From assembly GCA_012295275.1 (NCBI GenBank), contig CM022669.1, positions 5,394,001 through 5,458,000 of the forward strand: a stretch of 64,000 nt of DNA, written 5' to 3'. The stretch comes from Chrysomallon squamiferum. Lineage: Eukaryota > Animalia > Mollusca. A program made the position numbers and the translations under genes. Numbering within the stretch: position 1 is the stretch's first letter; each line of letters starts with the position of its first letter. Below the pieces are notes generated by a model. That model was not told where the DNA came from. It did not search any database and worked only from the letters and a program-made list of their open reading frames with translations. Positions 54,686 to 64,000 of the stretch are shown in pieces.

Positions 54686-57195
54686 TATTTAAGAACAAAC
54701 ATAACGAGAATGTTTATATTCACATATAAGAACAAATAGAACTAGAATGCTTATATTCACATTTAAGAACAAACAGAACGAGAATGTTTATATTCACTTT
54801 TAAGAACAAATAGGTTGAAAATGTTTATATTCACATATAAGAACAAATAGAACTAGAATTTTTATATTCATATTAAAGCACAAATAGAACTAGAATATTT
54901 ATATTCACATTTAAGAACAAACAGAAAGAGAATGTTTATATTCACATATAAGAACAAACAGAATTAGAATGTTTATATTCACTTTTAAGAACAAATAGGT
55001 TGAAAATGTTTATATTCACATCTAAGAACAAATAGAACAAGAATATTTATATTCACATATAAGAACAAACAGAACTAGAATGTTTATATTCATATTTAAG
55101 AACAAATAGAACGGGAATATTTATATTCATATTTATGAAGAAATAGAATGAGAATGTTTATATTCACATTTAAGGACAAACAGAACAAGAATGTTTATAT
55201 TCACATTTAACAACAAACAGAACGAGAATGTTTATATTCACATATAAAAAAAAGAATGAGAATGTTTATATTCACATATAACAACAAACAGAACTAGAAT
55301 GTTTATATTCACTTTTAAGAACAAATAGGTTGAAAATGTTTATATTCACATATAAGAACAAATAGAACTAGAATGTTTATATTCACATTTAAGAACAGAG
55401 AGAGAATGTTTATATTCACATATCAGAACAAACAGAATTAGAATGTTTATATTCACACTTGAGAACAAATAGAAGGGGAATATTTATATTCACATTTAAG
55501 AACAAACAAAACGAGAATGTTTATATTCACATTTAAGAACAAACACAACGAGAATGCTTATATTCACATACAAGAACAAATGGAACGAGAATATTTATAT
55601 TCACATTTAAGAACAGACAGAACGAGAATGTTTATATTCACATTTAAGAATAAACAGAACGAGAATGTTTATATTCACATATAAGAACAAATGGAAGGAG
55701 AATATTTATATTCACCTATAAGAACAAACAGAACAAGAATGTTTATATTCACATTTAAGAACAAATAGGACGGGAATATTTATATTCATATTTAAGAAGA
55801 AATAGAATGAGAATGTTTATATTCACATTTAAGAACAAATAGGTTGAAAATGTTTATATTCACATATAAGAACAAATAGACCTAGAATGTTTATATTCAC
55901 ATATAAGAACAAATAGAACTAGAATGTTTATATTCACATATAAGAACAAATAGAACTAGAATGTTTATATTCACATATAAGAACAAACAGAACGAGAATG
56001 TTTATATTCACTTTTAAAAACAAATAGGTTGAAAATGTTTATATTCAGATATAAGAACAAATAGAACAAGAATGTTTATATTCACATATAAGAACAAATA
56101 GAACTAGAATGTTTATATTCACATTCAAGCATAAATAGAACTAGAATGTTTATATTCACATTTAAGAACAAACAGGACAAGAATGTTTATATTCACATAT
56201 AAGAACAAACAGAATTAGTATGTTTATATTCACACTTGAGAACAAATAGAAGGGGAATATTTATATTCATATTTAAGAATAATTAGAATGAGAATGTTTA
56301 TATTCACATTTAAGGACAAAGAGAATGAGAATGTTTATATTCACATACAAGAACAAATGGAACGAGAATATTTATATTCACATTTAAGAAGAAATAGAAC
56401 AAGAATGTTTATATTCATATTTAAGAACAAATAGAACGGGAATATTTATATTCATATTTAAGAATAAATAGAATGAGAATGTTATATTCACATATAAGAA
56501 CAAATAGAACTTGAATGTTTATATTCACTTTTAAGAACAAATAGGTTGAAAATGTTTATATTCACATATAAGAACAAATAGAACAAGAATATTTATATTC
56601 ACATTAAAGCATAAATAAAACTAGAATGTTTATATTCACATTTAAGAACAGAGAGAGAATGTTTATATTCACATATAAGAACAAACAGAATTAGAATGTT
56701 TATATTCACACTTTAGAACAAATAGGAGGGGAATATTTATATTCATATTTGAGAAGAAATAGAATGAGAATGTTTATATTCACATTTAAGGACAAAGAGA
56801 ATGAGAATGTTTATATAAGAACAAACAGAACGAGAATGTTTATATTCACATACAAGAACAAATGGAACGAGAATATTTATATTCACATATAAGAACAAAT
56901 GGAACGAGAATATTTATATTCACATTTAAGAACAAATAGAACAAGAATGTTTATATTTACATTTAAGAACAAATAGAATGGGAATATTTATATTCATATT
57001 TATGAAGAAATAGAATGAGAATGTTTATATTCACATATAAGAACAAATAGAATGAGAATGTTTATATTCACATTTAAGGAGAAACAGAACGAGAATGTTT
57101 ATATTCACATTTAAGAACAAATAGATCGAGAATGTTTATATTCACATTTAAGAATAAATAGAATTAGAATATTTATATAAGAAAAAACAGAACAG
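54686..57195. repeat. 37-bp minisatellite array 5 (~68 units)
   Basis: Same unit over ~2.5 kb, with recurrent variant units. Confidence 0.95.
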
Positions 57196-58052
57196 CCAGC
57201 CGGAGAAAATGTTTGGAAACAGAAAAACTAGAACGAGTAAGACACAAAACTACATCAGTGAAAGAATCAGCATATTAAACTAGAGAAGAATAAAAACTGT
57301 TTTAAAAATAGGTAATATTTATTTTAAATCAAAATTCAGGTGTTTGCTATTTAAAAGTCCGTGATAGATTAGTGTGCAGTTGTTGTCTGAATTCTAAAAC
57401 CTTTGATATGACTAAATTAAAGAGGAACCTGAACAGATCGGATAAATCAAAGTAAACACTTCTTCAAATTAAACATTTTAATTATCTGTTCACTTTATTT
57501 GAATAGTGGGGTTGCTAACAACGCTGAAAGTATGAACTGTAAAGAGTAAATTAGATATTCATTCCAGATAATGAGGCGATCAAGTTGTGAAAATTTCTTT
57601 CTTTGAAAACTTCATTTCGGAAAGGATTGAATAATTCAAAGTATATCGAAATATCATAAATCAGAATCTTTCGCTAATATATAATTGTTATTAGGGTTGT
57701 TTTTAATATTCTTATTAAATTCATTTTTCATATAATTTAAACATCAGTTCGTTGGATACGAGTCCTTCTTTATATGTAATATAGTTACTTTCTTACTTTT
57801 GACCTAAAATACGTCATTTCCGTGTTAATTATTTATTTAACCCAAAATATGTCTGTCTAGCAGTTCTTTGTCCCTGCAGTTATCCTTCCCAAACAATAAA
57901 CAATGCTAATCAAATTAGGTTACTTCCAAAAAAACAAAGCCGGAGTTTATAGGTTTCAGGCATTATCAATACGACCATGGCCGAGTATCAACAACAATAA
58001 AACAGTAAACAAAAATATAAAAATAAAATAACATGAAATAAAACTATTATTA

Positions 58053-58122
<70 letters not shown>

Positions 58123-58410
58123 TCCGAACAATCTTTTACTCACATTCTATATTACATTTCAAGTTAATATTCTTCGTTCCACAAAACATTTAACAAGGTG
58201 TGGCAATATGTGCTAAAATAATTATAGGTGTGTATGAATTGTAAATCATACCATCGTATTAATGAATATCTCAAACATACGTTTTGCCAATAAATGTTTA
58301 ATGTATATTAAAATAATTTAGAAGGAAAGATAATAAATTCACATGAAAATTTCGGTGACATGAAATACAGTTTAAACTTTTAAGCTTCTCCTCAAACGAC
58401 AAAAAAAAAA

Positions 58411-58450
<40 letters not shown>

Positions 58451-59477
58451 TAAATAAATAAAAATGAAAAAAAATACCAACAACAATAACAATTGTTTAC
58501 GATTTCATGGAATTAACTGCGAAAACTATTTTAATACTAATATGGCGAACTGAGAGGTGAAAAACGAAGCCGTATTTAACAAATATAAATTAAAACAAAT
58601 TTTTGAATCCTGTTTTCTGAAAGCCGAAAAAAAAAATGGTTTGGTACTATTTTCTTTATTGAAGCATGTCAGTGAAAACACATTTATTTTGTTTAAAGTA
58701 ATATCAAATTTTATATATTTATCTGAAACGTTATTTATTTTACAACTAGAAAACTGGAATAGTCTTTGATGGAACAGGTGTCAATTTTTATAGGTATCTC
58801 AGTGAACTCGGACAAGATAGACAGCTAGATATATTCAAATATATGTATGTATATATGTATTTATGTATAGAGAGAGAGAGAGAGAGAGAGAGAGATATGT
58901 AATTATGGAGTTGAAAATTATATTAGATAGGCTGATAATATAATGAACACCAAATAAATGTGAATATCCTTGTCTATCCTTTGTTCTCATAAGTTTACTG
59001 TTGTTTCACTTACAAACCAGTAAGTAAGTATGTTTTTACAAAACAGGAAACAGTTTTTCGTTCTTTTTCTCGTCTCCGACTCATCACTCAAGCACGACGT
59101 TGCTATACATTCTTAATTAATCCAAGATTCTAAATAGTTACCAAAGATTCACAAAGTCTCCTTTATATTTTGGATTACTGTTATCTGCTTAGCAATTGAA
59201 ACTGATGTCAAAATTCAAAAAGAATTGTTTCGTTACTTCTTCTAGTCTTAGTTACAGTACCTACATACACAAAAGTCATGTATTTTCCCACTTATCTCTT
59301 TTGGTTTTATTAAAGTTTTAAATCAGATTGTTCTTTGATGTATCCGACTGTTCATTAATACATCAGGTAATTCCTGTTCATTAATTCCTGTATACATGCA
59401 TATATGTATTATCTGTTTGCAATGAATAACTGTTTTTCTCTCTGTATATATCTATATATCTGAATGTGTGTTTATGT

Positions 59478-59515
<38 letters not shown>

Positions 59516-62099
59516 ATTTTGATTTCATCTCTCTCTGTTATTTAGTTTTTAATGTTCTACTGTTGTTTAGATCAATTATACAGATACCATAATAGACTTT
59601 CAAAACAGTATTTGAAATGTTTTATTTTTGTATTGCATACTGCACTTGTAACAAATACAGATAAAAATGGCCGATTGACGTCAATGCTGGAGTAAGAATA
59701 GATTTTCAGGTCTACAGGTTTATTTAAATGAATTACTTAAATATCTGTGTCATACAGTTATTATTTTACGATCAGTTTAAAATGAATTGTGTCTAAGAAC
59801 TGAATTTTTCTAAATAATAAACACAGCAACAATTTTTTTTAAGAAAAAAAAAAAAACGGAAATAAAAAAACCAGATGATAAATAAATAAAAATAAATAAA
59901 CAACGTCAACAGTTTTCTTCAGTTATATGTAGGGAAATTATACATTTATTCATATTATTATTTGCTATTTACTTAATATGGGCAAATATTCAGTTCTGAC
60001 TTGCTAACCGGTGGGTTTAGAGTTACAGAATCCATGATAATCTACGATCTAAAAATGTTTTTTTTTTAAATGTGTTGTTCCTATTAGTTTACTATAAAAT
60101 ATCAGATATGAATCATACTTACTTAATACTGAATATAACAATGTCCCAAGACAGGTAAAAATATACATTGAAACCAAATACAAGATATCTTTAGAATCAT
60201 ATAGTTTTCTTACATTTGCCTACGTATTGCTGGGGAAAGGTATGGTGGTTAGAGTGTACGACATAGTCAGTTAACTGCAAACTTATACATTTTTTACCAG
60301 TGTTAATCTTAATTTCAAAACTGATTTCTAGATCTTGTTTGTAACGATGTCTGGATTTTATCATAAAGGCACTTTGAGCCAATGTTTTTAATATGTGCTA
60401 GTTATTGGGTTGTTGTGACAAATATAATTTCAAAATGGCGGATTGACGTCAATAGAGCAGGAAGATATTCAGTACCAAACATTTACTGATTATATTAATT
60501 CAGTGGTCAACAGACTGCTGATATTTATTATAACCACTACAAACAATCCATAATGATCGTGATAAATATAAACAAAAAAATTAAATAAACAAAACAAGTA
60601 AAAGAAAATTTGAATTTATAACCTTAATAGTTAAGGTAGCCATTTTGTTTAATTTACGAACAATAAATAATGTGTATTAAAGAAATAATCTCTGTATAGT
60701 TTATATATATATATATAAATCTCTGCAATCAAAAAATAACATAAACATCCGTCTAAATCAAATTTCTCCTGTTCAGTCAGACCTCACGTAATTTTGTACA
60801 CACACAAGAAGTCCAGGAGGTTTTGTTGTGTTTTAAAAACAAATCATGACAAAAGAAATACGCTTAGGAGTTTATTAGTTTGCTCGCTATACTATATCAT
60901 GCAGGTATTTACAACTCTACCTTTAATTTAATTAACTGTTTATTTGATTATGTCCGAGCTTAAAATGTAGAATGTTTATAGGAAAATAAAATGAACCATT
61001 ATATCGATGCATGCAGAAAATAAAAAAAATACACAACAAAAATATAAAAGAAAAATCTGTTTCACATGAAGGTTGGAAAGGGAAACTAATAAAAGTGATG
61101 ATGATAAAGTATTGTAGAGATTATAATTTTATATATAGATATAATTTAATTTTTATTCTAATTTTTTTTAAGAAAAAGAAGAAAACATTTTAAAATTATT
61201 ATTGCTAAATATAAGATTAAAAACCGAAATATTTACAAGAGATTCTATTAAAAATAAATTTCTGTATACTTGTACACTGAAATGCAATGAAAATTTCATC
61301 TTTCTGAACTAATTTTTAAACGGGTGAAATATTAAAACGCACAAAAACATAACAAAACTAATTTCCTCGTTTCAACACTAAAGCTAGGTATAGAATACGT
61401 TTCCAGGCAACAGAATGAAACTGGCGATACTGCTTTCACAGTTATTTTTTGTTGTGAAAAGGTGCGGTTTGAGAGAATCTTCTTGTTACAATTTCATTTT
61501 ATTTTCATATTTTTCTTTTTCTTTTATTCAAAGAAGAAAGATTCCATTAGAAATCTATTTAAGACATAAAAATAAATTTGTCCTTCGTTTTTGTACATAT
61601 GTATACACATACAAATGTACTAACAAATACACATACATCCATATACATAACTATTTTGATAAATATATATACATATATATATATATATAAATATACATAC
61701 GTACACACAGACATTCACACACAAACACACTGCTGTAATAAGGTACTGTGTGATATCTTTCATGATATAATTATAATCATCATTAATTAGTCTGAGTTAA
61801 AAGTTTCTACCTGTTCTAATTAACTGGTGCCAATGTTCCCATGCATGTCAGAGGAACAAACACAGGTGCAGACACAAAATAATAATGAAAAATATTCTTT
61901 TTTTTCTTCTTCTGATCATGTTTGCCAATAATGGACATTTTCCTTGACTCTGGCATGATTTGGAGTAGTTTTCGGGGCAGACATAGCTACACTTTTGAAA
62001 AGGACATTTTATATATGTCTTTAGTTATTATTAGTGGAAAAAAATAAAAACAACTACAAATTATACTTCTACTCAGAATTCAGAACCTATTAAAAGAAA

Positions 62100-62281
62100 T
62101 AGTAACCGTAGTGGTGGAGATGGTAGTAGAAGTTTTATTATTTTTTATTTTTAGCAAATGTAACAATAGTAGCAGTTTTAGTAGTAATAATACTCGTAGT
62201 AGTAGCAGTGATAGTAGCAGCAGCGGTAGTAATACTACCAGTACTAGTTGTAATACAAATAATTTTAATACTACTAGTGAT

Positions 62282-62316
<35 letters not shown>

Positions 62317-62352
62317 TAGTAGTAGTAATATTAGTAGTAGTAGCAGTAGTAT
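62100..62352. repeat. (TAG)/(CAG)-rich low-complexity tract
   Basis: Direct reading. Confidence 0.8.
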
Positions 62353-62739
62353 TAACAGTTGATGTTGTTGTAACAGCTCATTTTTAAAATAGACATACAT
62401 GTCTTTTAAAATAATAATAATAATAAAAAAAGAAAAAAAAAAGGAATACCTAAGTAATTACTGCAGTATGTTAACAACAATCTCACCCATAACAGTAGTC
62501 GGGACAAAGTGTTCCAAATAAGACACCTTCGACTATTTTCATGTCATGCAAATTAATCGCTGCGGGAGAGTGTAAATTAACAATCATTGCCTAATTGATA
62601 ATTTGGAACGAAAATATCAGCAATTTTGTTCAACTCATGCCATTCTAATCTTACCAAGATAAAGGTTGTATCTCAAGATATTAACTACTTGTTCCATATA
62701 TATATATAATTTGTACATCAATTCGTTGGATAAGAGTCC

Positions 62740-63224
62740 TTCTTCATAAATAAAATGGTTACTTTCTTGTTTTTGACCTAAAATACGTCATTTGTATGTT
62801 ATTTATTTATTTATTTAACCAAAAATATGTCCGTATAGCAATTCCTTTTCCTGCCCAAACAATAAACAATGCTAATCAAATTAGGTTACTTCTAAAACAA
62901 AACAAAAAAGAAAGCCGGACTTTGTAGGTATTAGGCGTTATCAATACGACCATGGCCGAGTATCTATGTTAATATGGTTTCGCTAAACACGTCACCTCTG
63001 ACGTCAGTAGATTGATTCTCTTCCGAAGTCTGTGGGATAAACCAACGCAGAGTTTTTCTTCTAATTACCGCGTTGTCAAGTGCATCTTGTTCTTATACAT
63101 GATGCACTTTAATTTGAGTATATGATCGAGAACAAAAACAAAAAGGAAATAGTGAAAGAATGAGAAGGAGGAACAACAACAACAATATAAGAAATATATA
63201 TATATATACAACATAAAATAAAAC

Positions 63225-63300
<76 letters not shown>

Positions 63301-64000
63301 TTTTATTACTATTATTATTATTATTATAAGCTGATCATCATCATTATTTTTATCATTGTCATTCTGAACAATCTTTTACCAACCTGTAAATTTATTTTAT
63401 AATTTCTTAAATGTAACTTTAAAAAGCTATGAGAATGAAATCAGGATCAAACATTCCTTGATAATATTTACCTTGATATATGCATGTATATATGCATGTA
63501 TGTATCTATATATATATGTATGTATATATGTATGTATGCAGGCATTCGTATGTATATGTATATGTATATATGCGTCTGTGTGTCTATATAATCATAGTTC
63601 TTTAACTTCTCTATTTATATATATTTTATGAATGTGTGTATGTATGTATATTATATTGCTTTGCTTATATTTATTTATTTATATATTTATTTTAGATGGC
63701 TTTTTTAAATGTTATTTTTGTTTATTTGTTTTCTCTTGTTTTATTCTCCACGTTAGATCTGTGACATGTTATTTGTTTATCACTTGAGCGATATATTACT
63801 GTGTTTACATTTCGTAAGTAATGAATGAACAGTGTGATTATTATACAATGAAACTTTATGAGAAGTGAATGGAGTTTGCTTCAGTTAACCTGTTTAGTGA
63901 ATTATTTGTCATCATGGTAGTGTGAAACTGTAGCAAACAGTATCATTGTTTGCTTCTTGTTTCACAAATATTTTTATGAACAACACAGAAAAAGAAACAA
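62740..64000. repeat. Segmental copy of the FoxQ2 upstream region (~1000-2170) without an adjacent gene
   Basis: Collinear match including the CRE block (62999-63006) and the atgaaactttatgagaagtg block. Confidence 0.75.

Overview
AT-rich, microsatellite-rich animal genomic DNA (probably a marine invertebrate such as a mollusc; the taxon is inferred, not shown), built from nested, shuffled segmental duplications. It holds two near-identical intronless FoxQ2-type forkhead genes on the minus strand (1..608 cut by the window edge; 6172..6999). It also holds four minus-strand copies of a locus in which a triose-phosphate/PEP-translocator (TPT/SLC35E-type) exon is joined through a canonical ~300-bp phase-1 GT-AG intron, in frame, to an exon encoding a hydrophobic helix and a polysaccharide pyruvyltransferase (Pvg1/EpsO-like). 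The main candidate novelty is therefore a single-chain 'PEP transporter + pyruvyltransferase' fusion of roughly 740-800 aa, amplified in tandem. Three copies look intact and one has a disrupted transporter exon; the copies are mosaics of one another, and small relics of an older paralog are present. The rest is 37-bp and 29-bp minisatellite arrays, microsatellites and repeated non-coding blocks. Most short ORFs in the track are repeat or antisense artefacts.
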